Positions 39,021 to 52,800 of a stretch of 64,000 nucleotides of DNA are shown piece after piece. The first letter of the stretch is position 1, and each line of letters starts with the position of its first letter. This DNA is from Raillietiella orientalis (Eukaryota), in NCBI GenBank assembly GCA_036172245.1, contig JAYWIR010000036.1:1674001-1738000 (forward strand). The letters are read 5' to 3'. The notes under the pieces were generated by a model. It saw nothing but the letters and a program-made list of their open reading frames with translations, was not told where the DNA came from and searched no databases. The translations under genes were made by a program, and so were the position numbers.

Positions 39021-42000
39021 ATGACTGAGACGAAACTAACGGATCTGATCAACCTGGAGGATTTGAAGAAGGAGTCCAGGAAACCGGAAAACGTCAAGAC
39101 AATACGGTTCAACCTGTCCTTGAAAGATTCCACGGAAGCAAGCTACTCCGAGTTCAACTTTCAGGAGCTGCTCGGCGGTAAATTGGTACGTACAACAAAT
39201 TTTGAAGCAAGTCTAATTTGCTGTGTGTGTGGGTGAGAGAGAGAGAGGGAGGGAGGGAGCTTTCTTTGCCAGTGTCGAGTGGGGAATTTTGAAGTTTTCG
39301 AGGCCCCCCCCCCCCGTTGCAAAGGAAGCAGATCACTAGTCAAATGGAACGAATGCAATGCAAAAATTCATCATTTGAGTAATTATCGAGACGTGTTGTT
39401 TTCAGAAGGAAATTGGCGAAAACAATTCCGCTGTGAAAGACGCGGTGGTGCCCCATGATCCCAATGAAAATGAAAAAGAAGAAACCACCATTCAAGAACT
39501 TGCTAGAAAGTTTGAAGAAAAATATGTAAGCATTCGATCGGCCATAAACAAACAAATAAATACAGGGACGTTTTATGATAAATATGTATGTAGAATTGCA
39601 ATTTATTTGGTTTTGCCATGAAACCTTTTGATGGAAAAACAAAAAGCATCGATCAAACCCAAATTCTTGTTTTAATTACGGCATGCTCACTTAATCATGG
39701 CACAGGGTTCTAATTTTCGTTTTGTTTTATTGCAGCGTCTTTTTTTTTTTTTTCCAAAAAAAAAAAGGACTGCCCCGAATTTCAAAGAAACAATATTTAT
39801 AACTGTGTAAAGGCCTGCTATAACTTTGTGAAGTGGTGAACGCAAAAACTTTAAAGTATAATTTGTTTTTGCCATGAAACTTCGTAAAACTGCCACATGA
39901 AATCGCATTAGATCAGCATACTAAATCCATTAATTTATAAAGTCAGTTGTACTGTATGTATCTCATTTTGTGCCTTGGTATTAAGCAGTTTAGGATAATG
40001 TCAAGAGCTTTCCAGCCTCATTCGTAGTATTTGTGGATAGTTATAGATCTTAAAAGGAAAACATGTTCTCTGCACTATGGATTACATAGTAATGATTTTG
40101 ATTTTGTTGTTTTCTTTGAGGCAATGCCATTTTTCTTCCATGAAGTATCATGGAACTTGAAATAATGCATTATTATTTAGGGTGGATCAACTCGAGGAAA
40201 GAAAAGGCGAAATCTCAACTGTTTAGATGATTACACTGATTTAGGGAGAGGCTATGATGAATCTGATTCTTTCATCGATAATACTGATGCTGTGAGTGAA
40301 AAAATGAAGAACCAATTCAAAATAATTGAATGCTGGTGTTCAGTATGATGAGTTAATTCCTTCAGGAATGACTACTGACCTAGGTGGCTTTTATATTAAT
40401 TCAGGCCCTCTCACGCTTAGAGTAGAACCAGCTGTTGCTTCCCCTGATCCCTCAGTTGATGATCCAAGTATCAAAAAACGAGTAAAGGTTTAAAAAAATG
40501 AATTTTTCTATGTTTTTGTAACTGTTCTTTTCAGGAAAAATCTACTTCTGCTACTTATCCTGATGACAAAAAAGTGAAAAAGGTCGGTGGTTTTTGTTTT
40601 TAGCATCATTGGAATTTATAAGTGCCACTGAGTGTAGAATGTTGATGTAATATCAGGACAGAAATATAAAATCCCTTCAAAAGCATCATCTGATTCGACT
40701 CTGAAACTGAAAAAAAAGAGAATCATGTGCAAATATGGTAATCTGATGAAAAAGCAGCTGCACAAGAAAACTGTGAGAGAGCTTTTAGACGAGAAAAGGG
40801 ACATGAAACTGAAAGATGTTCAGGAATTACCAACTTTGAATGTCGGTTAGTATTTTGCATTAGTTAATTATTTATCTGAACTTATTTTCTCCCTGCAGAA
40901 AATGGCAAATTTTCCAATTCATCTGTTACAGACACCATTGAACAAGTTATTAATCAAGCATATGTACCAGCACATCATTCAAAATTTCGAGAAGCAGAGA
41001 ATGTTTTGCCTGCCAAGAAAAATTCTCCAAGTAGCATTTGTTAATTACTGGATAAAGAATTTTCATGTGTTTTTCTTTAATTGAGGTTCTTCTTCTACAG
41101 TTTCATCTTGTAGCAGCAGCAGTGATACTGACAGTAATTCTGGAGAAATATTACAGCTACCAAAGCATTTGCCAGAGCAGTTGGTAGAGCTAATCTATAG
41201 TTTAAAGAAATCTATGGCTCTCTGTTCTGTTAAGGAACTTACATTGCCACAAATTAAAGAAAAACTTTCACGGTGAGTTCTGCTACATGTATTTTGTAAA
41301 GTGTTTCTGCATTAGTTTAGAGAAGGAGTGCGTCTACGTTTCTGTAGCAGATCGGGAACAGATATTTGCTTACTTAGCCAGCAGTTCTGATGTGCCAAAG
41401 AAGCGAATGTTGGATGCAAGCAAAAACTGCCTTCCAGGTTCAACTGAGGATTTTGAAACTTCATTGAAGAAGTGAGCTGGTGTTCTTATACATTGAGGTT
41501 GGTGCATTGTTAGCAGGTTAAAATATGCCATTGCTACAGCCATGCCAAATTTACTTGAAAATCATGAAAGAGAATGCCAGGTTCAGAGGCAGATACGGAC
41601 TGGGAATACAACTGGACCTAATCGAGTCAAGTAAGTTCAAGAGGTGAATGCACGAAATTTGTTTTCCACCTTCTTAGATCACCTGCTGCAGACCAGGATG
41701 GTAGTGAAAATGAAACTAGTGATGGAGCTGAAGGAAAGCCCAAACAGCGTATGCCTCGGAGAAAGTTCATTTGGGATTCTGAGACAAAGTATTGATTTGC
41801 CTATTGATAGCATTGGTTTAATTGTTTTATTTTCTTCACAGAAAAGCATTCTTGGAAATTGTGCGGTTGAAACTTGAAACATATGTGCAGAAAGAAGCTT
41901 CTGAACAGTCTGTTGAAGATTTTCTCAAACAGTGGTTTGAAAAGGAACTTAAAAAAATGTGGCCCAAAAATTGGATGAACTCCCGTTTTTTGTTCAAAGA

Positions 42001-45000
42001 AAGTAAAGAAGTGCACAGTTCTTTCACGTGAGTTGAAATTATTATAAATAATGATTATGCTTTTTCCAGTTTGAAGTCACGCAAAGCTGCTGTAGGTATT
42101 AAGAAATCACCTACATTGATAACAGTTCCATCTAGTGATAAAAAACTCAAAAGGGAAGCAGACACCCTAAAAAAAGAAGGGACAGTAGATGCATCCAATA
42201 ATCCGTGGCCTGTGATTTCTGCTGATTCACCAAAAGTTATAGAAGTATGCAGTGATGATAATGTGAAAAGGAGCAAGGAGGAATCGCATTTAGATTTAAA
42301 GCTATTCCAGCCAATATCATTAGAATCTAAGAAAGACAACAAACAACAACAACCAGACACATCCAAGTGTTTAAAAGATGCAAAGGATGTGGGTTCTATA
42401 ACCAGCATAGCCAAAAAGTGTTTTCCATTGGAAGTGTCTGAAACATTGCCATTGTTTTCTCCAAATTTCAAGCCAAAGTGTGTTGCTGATACAAATTTAA
42501 ATGAGAAATCCAAGATTGTTGACCAATCTTCGGAAACCAAAAATAAGAGCAAAGATAACAGCCGATTGATCATTGGCCCTCCACCTATTCTAGATTCATT
42601 GCCTTTGTTAACATTGGATTCTGAATTGACTATTGATAAAGATATGAATCTAGAAATCACTTCAAAATGTGAAAAGAATTTGCCATTACATTCTGCAACA
42701 AAATGTCCAAAAAATACATTAAAAGGAATTCATAGTGGTAGTGATGTGGACTTTCTCCCAATTACTGACCCTCATCTGATGAACAGCTTTGCTACTCCTC
42801 GTATTCAGCCATCCCTAGATAATCTTGAAGCACAGTTTTATCTACAGTCTGGGGCTGTCCATCTTGATGCAAGCAAAACCTTTCATTCCAAAGACTCTTT
42901 ACCTCGCCATTCTGTTAGCTTAACACCAACAACAAATTCGTTTTATTCTTGTTCTTCTATGCCTTTTAATTGCATTCCTTCTCATTTAGCACCTGTACCA
43001 TTTTCTAAAGTGTATAAAACAAAAGAATCTAGGAAAGAAGGATTCACTCAAGTTCGTGATTATCATCGTAGTGATGGTATCAGCCGAGTAACTCAGGTGT
43101 GATATATTATCCAGAAAATTTTTTTTTTATTAAAGCATTCCAGGGAAATGAATCAGCAAAAGGACCAATGGAGAACAAAGCATATCCTCGTCTCCAGAAT
43201 CCTACAAAAGAAAGTGAGATTCATTATGATAAAAAATGCAAAGTAATTTTTTTCTGCAGCAACACTTCCTAAATATTCTGGACCATTTAAGCAGACTGCT
43301 TATGTACCATCTACTGCACAAAGGTATGTATCAAGTATGTATTTAACTTGCAAAATTTTCGTGTCTTTTTTCTTTTTTTCTTCCTTCTCCACAAATCTGT
43401 CACTATGAATTGAAGTATGTATGTGTATATGTATTTTTCCTCAAAGTATGAGGATTGTTATGAATTCTTGCTATATGGTTTTCCTGCACTGTTGAGTGCA
43501 AAAGAAATTTTTTGCGTGAGAAAAGATAAAGTTCAGGTATTATTGTAATCTCAAGTGTTCCTACTTAGATAGTATATATCCTTAAATTTTTCAATTTATT
43601 GATTGCATTTAGTGCTGAATTTTTTTTGCTATTGCTAGAACAAAAAGTGTCTCTTTGATATGAGAATTTCCTAACATATTGTACTGTATTATATATATTG
43701 ATAGAATGATCCATGTACTTAAAATGCACATTGTGGGTTTGCACAAATTTGTAAATTAATCACAGAATTTTAAGTCTAGATGCTTAAATACATTCTGTGT
43801 ATGCACATTTTAATATTTGATCAACTGGACTGCATCTGCAAAAATAAACAATCAAGCAGATAAATGTTTTCCTCTGATTTTTTGTTGTGTGTTTTGATGT
43901 TTAATTTTTTGATTTGGGGTATAAAACTGTTCTATGTATGCAAATAGCATGCTCAGTTTCATTTGGTTTAGTGATATTTTAAACCAACAATGATTCATTC
44001 TTATCCCAAAGAGAGTTTAAAAAGAATGAAATAAACATGAAGTCTGCTTATTTCCAAGTGTAGATGTGTGAATAATTACAACATATCATTTTCAAAGTAA
44101 TATACATACATGATGTATGTGCGTAAATTTAAACTCAGGCAGGTTAATGTTTTTTTTATTTTAATTTATAATTTCGGAAGAATTTCTTGCATATGAACAG
44201 CCTGTGTTTTGCATGTGTCACCATAGGCTAAATTTAAAATTCATATCAGAATTTCAAGAAGGCTACAGAGAATAAAATGTGAAATATTCTTTGTTAAAGA
44301 ATTTCCTTATTAAATGTTGGGGCATTACTTTTATGAATCCAGTATCTGTGGCTTTGGTATGCACAATATTTACTATTGTCTTTAACTTAGAACAAAAATA
44401 AAAAGAACTTAAATTGAAAGGAAATGTCAAAACTAAATGAGAAATAAGTAAAAGCTTAACTAACCTGTTTATTTTTTTCAGCAAGAATTTCTGGTTAGTT
44501 TAAGCATTATTATGTTGAATCAATAAGAGTAACTTAGTAGTATTTTGGAGGCATACTGATGAATTCTGTAATAATTAGCTTGGTGCGTTTATGTTGAGCT
44601 GCTATGTATTTTTTGTAATAATGAACTTGCCTGTAAAAGAATGACCTAGACGAAATTTTGGATATTTGCTTCCATACTATGAAAACTTGTTGCTTACCTT
44701 AAGTTTCATATTATAGTCCATGAGCTCCAGTTTTCCAAGATTTTAAGTGCAGTGCATGCATATATCATATATATTTTTACCACATCGTCCATATTTTTAC
44801 CACTGTTTGAAAATTATATTAAGCAATTTTATAAACCTTACAGTCTATAGATAACAAATTCAAGTAAAGCATCCAATATTCCACAGAAATATATGGATGC
44901 TGAATTACTGTTCTTTATTAGATCAATGTTTGAAATTGAAAAACTCATAATTTGAAGTGGTGGCCTCTTATTAATAAGCTTTTCAACTGGTGATGTTATT

Positions 45001-46822
45001 GAGTAATACTAATATTTTTTTTATTTTTAGTTTTTTTCAAAAACGAATTATTTCTGTGCCCATGTTTCCAAAGTACACAAAGTTGGTTTTTTAAATTGAT
45101 ACTGTATGGTCATTAATATTCTTGATGTCCAGAAGGACTTATTCAAATACGATGTCATTTTTCGCAATCTAAATCAGTTTTAGGGTTAGGAGATTCTAGG
45201 AACTTTGTGGCCATAGTGTGCTGTAAGTGTAAAGTTTTTTCTGGATCAAAAAAAAATTACGAGACCTTAACACCAGGAACTTAGCAAGTCAAGTTTTAGG
45301 TGTTGTTTATGAAACTTGAAAAAAAAAAAAAAAAAAGACCCAGTTGCCTTGTCATCTAAAGCACTCCCATCTTTTTGTAGCTAGTTAAAACAGCACAATG
45401 AAAAATTAATTAAAACTATTTCTCGATGAATTTTAGTACATTTGTGCAAATTTTCTAAAATTTAGTGAATAGATAATGTGAAGAGTTGCTTTTGACATTC
45501 GTATTATTGTTCAAAATAAACAAAAAAAGTTTCAAGGGATTTGCATGTTGGTCACCAACAAGGAAACAAGCTTAATTGGGAAATTCAAATTTACGATTAT
45601 CCATTTTGCAGTGTTGTATTTATCATTTAGAAGCATATGCTTCTTCATTTAGAAGAAATGTAATTTCAGCTGGCATTGAACATTCAACTTACAAACAAAA
45701 GAAATAATTTGCTTATCAGGACGGTTCTTGAGAGAACAGTCAGTGATGACTTTATTATGCAAATAATTCAAAAGGGATATTTAGTAATATTTTCTAATAT
45801 GTGGAAGCACTGTGAATGTAGCTTTGAATATGATTCTTGAAGTATTCACATAACTGTATTAGTAGATTATAAGTATAGGTTGTAGAGCGTTGTACATATA
45901 TAATTGATTGAATTATTATACAGGAAAATGCACAGGTAATGAAAAATGATCATTGCCTCTGCCTGCCACATTATCACTGCTTGCCAGTGTGACAATTTAT
46001 GCAAAGAAATCCGTTTTCAAAGCTCTGGCGAGCCTGAATTTCCATGTATAGTTGTCACCAGTTTTCACAAATTTTGCTGTTATTACATTTAATTTCCCTC
46101 TTACATTTAATCTTAAAGAATACACATGCACAACATGGGTACAAATCACTCAAGGTCTCAATGCCAAGGATTTTAATCCTTGGCATTGAGATCATAGTTT
46201 AGAAGAGGAAGTGCTAATGGGTATCAGCAATGTGATTGTATTTCTGTGTTAAGAAACTTGTGTGTTGCATTTTGTGTAAAGAAAGAAAAGTTAAAATCAT
46301 AAACTGGAGCTAAGCCGACAATAAGTGAATTCATTGTTCTCACATCTATATGGACATGTGAAATTCCACATGTATCCTTGTGGTGTACTTAATTCAAAAA
46401 TTGGAATCAGTAATATCTTTTGGCCAGCGTTTTTTATTTGCTTGTAACATCTTGTCAAAATACGTTCGTTTTCTCGTTATGACTATTTATTTTCTCATTA
46501 TATCCCATCATGTTTTCATTGTACCAGTATTATGTTGAAAAGTTCATTTCTGTTGTGTATGTCATTTCACTATGGATAATTTTTTTATTCAGCTACTATG
46601 GACGGGATTTACAAGTTACACCAATCTCCAATTCATTCCATACTCAGGTAAGGTGAAAATTCAGTTAGTGTGAAAAATGAAGTTTGCATTAGGTTGTATC
46701 TTCACAAAGTGGATTTCATTCGGAGAAAACTATTACTGGTGGTAAATATTTATCAATCACTTCTCTAATAAATGCATTCTAAATTTATAGGTACCCCAAA
46801 ATCAAGTAATACTTATCGCTGA
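39021..46822 (+). CDS. UBN: Ubinuclein / yemanuclein (HIRA complex H3.3 chaperone subunit)
   Basis: Exons 39021-39185 (TIRFNLSL...SEFNFQEL), 39406-39525 (LARKFEEKY), 40181-40291 and 40344-40487 (HUN domain DLGRGYDESDSFIDNTDA|YDELIPSGMTTDLGGFYINSGPL), several short exons 40535-41787, 41842-42027 (LKKMWPKNWM, middle domain), 42070-43096, 43144-43213, 43260-43323, 46593-46647, 46693-46741, 46791-46822 (TGA). Phases were checked for the first five and last seven exons; some middle boundaries are approximate. Confidence 0.9.
46156..46191. repeat. Perfect palindrome, 17-bp arms, 2-nt spacer (ubinuclein intron)
   Basis: tctcaatgccaaggatt-tt-aatccttggcattgaga. Confidence 0.92.
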
Positions 46823-49800
46823 TGCTCGAGTTATTTATATTAATCAGTTTCAGATTTCTCAGTTTCAGTTAATATATAGTTGGACCTTTTGTATAATTAA
46901 ATAAATTATTGTTAAAGTTCATGCATCTGTTTTGAAATCGTTATTCTATCAATTAATTTTGCATTTTGTTGGTATTATTTACAACTTGAAAGATCTTCTG
47001 CCCTCTGTACTTGCTTGAAGAGATACCAAGTGGATTATGATGGTTTTTCTGAGATTACAGATAAAGGATGAATACAATTAATATTAAAGCGCAAAAGAAG
47101 TAAGAGAAATTTCAAAATTTTTGGATCGAGTTCAAATTTCGCATGTTTGCTGAAAAATGAAGAATTTCATTTCAATAAAGCTATTGTTCCATAGTCAGAA
47201 ATCTGAATTGCTTTATTTTATATTAATTTCGTAATGCAAATATTTTACACAGTTTTCAAATGCCATAGTATCCTCAAATATAATATGGGCTTTAAAAATG
47301 AAGCATTTTATGAGTAGTGGGCGGTAACCATGTGTAAACTGGTGCTGCTTCAAGAGCTTAGAGAGTGAAGACATGTTTTTAAACTTTCTTGTGGACTTCA
47401 CGTTTTCATGCATGTTTGTGTTCTTTGGATGGGACTGTTACTTCACTTTTTTGGCAAATTTGGTGCTTCAGTTGCTCCCGTGTAAAGAGGCTGAAATGGA
47501 CGGTGTAATAAAGACATTCTTCTTTTCCTGTCTTCCTCCGTGCATGGAATATAAAAATATGCAACCTCTGATTTGCAACGTATTTGATGTGAATTTCAGA
47601 CACTTTTTTTGTTAACAGTGTTGAGCAATGTAAGAGAGCCCGTTACTTTCACGCACTGAAAATAAACAGAAGTATGTGCACGTGGTAATTCATATATCCT
47701 CAGGGTGCATTCAGAATGCTCTCCATAACCGAAACGCTGACTTAAATGCGAACGTATATGTATTCTTCGGATAGCAAAGTGGTGGAGTGGATACGTAAAA
47801 TTTACTTTATATGTGTGTATGCGTTTTGGGGGCGTCCATTACCTAGGTCTCTCTTCAGTATTTTTTCCAGCTGATGTCCCCTAATTTCCTACCTGTACAT
47901 GCTAAAATGTAAATGCAAATACTATTGCAGTTAAATAGACCGGATTGATTTCCATTAAATGTATGTTGAGTGAGCTTGACTTTTGCTATGGTAATCAACC
48001 AGCAAATTAAGGTTCTTATGGAAACAACGTTGATGAGACCGGAAACCCAGGTACGATTGCTTTTGAGAAGTGTTCTCAGAACTCCGAACAAGCACTGAAA
48101 ATCCAAAACTCGGAAGGATGCTTATTCTGCCATGGACGTTTTCAAACATCCAAAGAAGTCTCAATGCCATGAAACTAGTCCATCCATCAGCAGTAGAAGA
48201 AAATCATTATGAACCGTCTCTTCAAGTCAGATATTTAATCGGATTGACATTAATGGTTTCTTCGCATAATTATGCCTGTATTTCTCAATACGTGTGCAAA
48301 TGAAATCCCCGAAGTTGCGAAGTTTCAAGTAATTGTTATGAGGTGGTGCAAAGTTCACCTCTTTGGATTCTGGTGATCAGGCTTTCCTTACAGGAAGTAA
48401 ACGAAATAGTGATTTTTTGCCTTGAAGAAATTATATCGGCATAATAGCAGTTAGGGGATTCTACCGGTGATCGTCTTTTGTCCGTGCACCGAGGGGAAAT
48501 GCGGTTAGCCGTCGGCTGGGTCGTTGTAAGAAAAGGTTGATAACCTGTTGAGTCCGTCGCGAGCCGAAACCTGAACCAAAAAACACGAAATCATTCCCAT
48601 GTTGGCAGGAGCTCTGCCAAATCATGGATAAAGGGTTTCCTAAGTGTGTTTACGTTGTTCCGAATGCAAATTCGCATCGTATACGTCAACCAGACACGAT
48701 TGGCACCATCAAGTGCAACTTTGGCAGAAAAATGAAAGCACGCACAGACACAGATGCATGCATGCTCTTCAACTCTCATTCGGAAGGTTACCAGTCTATT
48801 CTGGAGGCAAAAATCGAACTGATGTTTTCCCTCCAGGCCCGAGTTGGGATTCGTTTTATGCATGCGTTTTATTTGCGCCTTTCAAAACTTTGTAAACTCT
48901 ACTCGTGCGCCCAGGTGTGCTCTGCTTGAGGTTCTTGCGCTGGTTCTGACCACCCTTTTCTCGCACAAGCATACCTTCAGGAGAAAAGTTTTCTGAAGTC
49001 AAACAAACAGACGCAACCACGTCAACCCTTCCGCCTTCGCGCAGTAGTTGCCTTTGGGTTTCAGTTCTCAAGTGCTGTTCCCCTAACACCATCCTGCTCT
49101 TCACTGCAGCAGACTTCAGCTTTGGGGTTCATTAGAGGAGCCGTCGCCAAACCGGCTCGCGCACAGCTCTGAAGACATGCAGGCTCTCACTGAGACCAAT
49201 CGCAAATTAGCTGCAGGTCAGTTTTTGTGAACGTAGTTTGCAAAGTATAATGTCTCCTGTTTCTGGAGTTTTTGGTCGTTTCCACTTTCACACGTGTGTG
49301 TTTCACATGTTTTAGTACGTAGGTCATGAGTACTTTCGTGTACCGCTTGGATAACTAGCTTTCCTGCGTGGCGGAAAGGTGGGTAACTCTTGGAACGCAC
49401 CAAAGAGCAAGCTGCTGCCAACCATTCAAAAGTCAATGTGCAAACTGCAAACCACGTAAAGGGGAAATCGAGCAGAGAGGAAGTTCGATTTCGGACGTGA
49501 GTTTAAAAAGCAAAATGCATGCAAAGTCGGATGAATCTGAAATCGGTGTCTGAAGGCTGTTTCATTAACCAGAGTTCTCTATCCGTCGATCGCACAAAGA
49601 ATTCCTTTATGGGACGAACATACCTTTCTTGAAGGGTACACCATGTTGTATTGAAACACAATCGTTGGACAGCTTAGTCTGGTGAGAAATGCATCTTTCA
49701 CCATGATCAAGAATGGATTTGTGGTTGCACGATAACTGGTGGGTGCTGCCAAGACTTGGAATAGGACTCCCGGACAGTACCGTGGTCTTTCTTGTCGTTG

Positions 49801-52800
49801 GGGTAACGAATTTCCGCCTGAAGCTGGATTCGAACTCCAGTTGCAAGCAAGCCTTCCCTGTCCTTTGGGTGTAGTGAGTGAGTGCTACTCTGATTCGCAT
49901 TTTAGGAATCCATGATCCTTTGCCGGAAAACAGGTTCTAGCCTTCCATAGAGTTTGTTGATTGTTCGGCTCCATAGTGTTTAGGCAGTTTTAAATTTAAG
50001 CTTAAATCTCGTCGCATGCTTTTGAAATTTAATCGTGTCAGCCATGGTAGACGTGATGGTGTTCCTAACTGATTCTTCTCTTCATGGTCGAATTTATAAG
50101 GAATGCGCATAGCCCTTGGACTGTGTTTACCAACATCGTGTGCACATTGCTCCGCAAGAGAATGTTTTAAAGCAATCCGTGATGCAATGATTGAACTTTC
50201 CATGCTTCACTTCCTGTCTTGATGCGTTCCTAACGAAAAAAAGGTAACAGATCAGTATTTAGGGGCTTTTTGCCCTCGAACGATGAGTACTGTTTTTGGA
50301 AAAAAAGTAAAAGTAAAAACTGTGTCACCACTAAAAGGGCATATGTGATGGCTCGATATTGAGCAAACCACATGTGAAGTTCGATACTCTTGTTGGGCGT
50401 GAAGTAAACGGTTTAACTCTTTTCTTGAGCAAATATAATTTCCAATACATGTCTCGGCGATCTCTTCCATTTATTTATTTTTTTCGAGTGGATTCCTGGG
50501 AAATTATCAAGTGATCCAAGCCTGACAGAATCCCCAGACTCGGATTCAGCTTCTGCAGTTGCATAAGTTGGAATCAGTATGGCCACCTCTTATCGTCGAA
50601 ACTATGGAAACGGCATCCCATTCCTTGATTCGAGTGCTTCGACCTAGATATAACTTTGGATTGTGGACTCAAGTCTTCATGTTCCCCTAAATGGTGCCTC
50701 TGTGTTTTTAACGTGCGTTTACCGTCACCCCTCTTTTTTTGCCTGGTTTGAACAGTATGAAATTGAAAGTGGGGAAGCAGGGAGAGGTGAAACCGCAGAT
50801 TGGGTTGCCGTTGAACTTCGCAGAACGAGAGCAGACAGCTAAGAAATCCGGAGACAAGAACTTGGCTTTTCGGGAAACAAGATCTGCCTCGTGAGTTTCG
50901 TGCGAAACTTGTGGACCCGATGAGATGCAAACTGGCTGCTGATGCTCTCTCATCAGGAAAGCGTCAGTTGACTCGGTCGCTTTCGAGATAGCGAACGGCC
51001 GGTGCACCCCAACGGCTACAGCTGCATAATTAGTCATGTGATATCCATTACATAACATCATAAACGATGCGTGGTGCGAGATCCTTCATTCGTTAGCCTT
51101 CGCAAAACAGTGAATATAAAATGATATATAGCGCACGTGGAATAGTACACAGTGTGGAGCTAGAAGACGCTGTGGTTTCCTAAGCGTGCAGGCCTTGGCA
51201 GGGTCTCTGCATCTTTTCACCTTCAGTCTGATTTCGAGTTCTCCGATCGTAAAACTGAGCGGAGAGAATTCACCATGCGAGAGACCCCTTTCCAGCAGCG
51301 CTGCAGCCATGCTGGTTCTTGCAGGGAACTTCACCTACGCCCACGTTGTAACTCAGCCACGTGCTGATTCCGGCCGACTCCGAGAAAGTCGCTTCGCCGT
51401 GGTACTCAGCAAAGCTCTCCGAAAGATTTCAGGCCCAAGTAAAAATCTGCATCATGCCAGCCAAGATGATGAAGTTGGTGCAGTCTCTGATTGGGAAAAC
51501 GGAACCCCATTTACGCATGAGGGATTTTTTTTTTTTTTTATTCGATTTCAGACGTTTGCGAAGAACTTTTTTTCTTTAATCAGCGTGGGGAGTCAGTTGA
51601 AAAATGTTGCATTCAAGCATACGCAGGGCGGCTGTCGTATAAAACAGTGGCAATCATTTGCTTTTGCAGGAACTCTGCCTGCGACCTGAGCTGGTACCCT
51701 CACTCGGAAGCAGTCATGACCTCTGATTTTATTTTCTCAATTCATGGGAAATGAGTAGCAGAAGCGAAAGCTTATCACATTTGCGGTTTTACGTTTGCAA
51801 TATGGGAGAAGAATATGATTATAAAAGCGTTGCTTCCAGCGTTAAAACAGTGACTAGCGTGCATCTCTAGAAGAGCATTCGGTATTAGATGGCATGACAG
51901 GTTGGCCTTATTGCTGAATCTGGTTTTAACGGAAAATAATTATCAGTATAGTTTTTGCGGTTATAAGTGACGTTTCTTCTTCCTTTTTATTCCACTTCCC
52001 CCCCCCCTTTTCACTGAACTGAGTACGAATTTCGGCGGTTGAATTCGAAAAAGGAGAATAGCTCTTTATTATGGATGCAATCAGATTAGATGTACATAGC
52101 GGAGTATCTGTTTGAAAAGTTACCAAGCTGACTTCTGTGGGAAGAGCGTCCATAGTATAAGATTCTCATCTCTTTGTGAGGATTTTTTTTCTTTTTTCTT
52201 TTTCACCACCAAAGAGTAGATGGTTCATGCAGTTTGGTCCCTTTTGCCTTTTTAACATTTCGTGTTCCAGCTTTGGAGGCGAATGAGATGTGGCGAGAAT
52301 TTTCGTGGGCTTGGCTGCCACACGGCAAAAGTACGGGCCGTGGGCCCCGCGATCGGCTAACCACGTTTGCTGCAAATCACGTGCAGGCATTCTATTTGAC
52401 AAAAAAGAGAAAAGAAAAACAAAGAGGCATTCTTTTGAATTTAGACATCCACTCAGCGTGTAAGCAGGCATTCGAAACTCTGCATTTTTTTTTTTTTTTT
52501 CCGAACGCATGGATGCACTCATTAAGTTTCCGCATCCGCATACCAAAAAGCTTATGCTTGCGCTCAGCATGCCTCGCTGTGTTGGAGTCATCGCGATACT
52601 TTTTTCCCGCCAAATGAAGGGTTGCCATCCGTGAAAAGCCAATGAAGGGCTTTCGAAGCGCTTGCCAGATCCCCAGCTGGACCGGAGGCGCCTGCCCCGC
52701 AAAACGCCTCCCTATCACAGGAATGGGAGGCTGCCGTTCTACTTCGAGGATCCAGCGGCTGCTGTAATCTGGCTGGGGTTTTCGCGTTGTCCCTTCGTCC

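Noticed and set aside
38756..39028. PolyQ-containing ORF as an N-terminal extension of ubinuclein
   Set aside because: Different frame, GTG start, and an in-frame TGA lies 24 nt upstream of the ubinuclein ATG.
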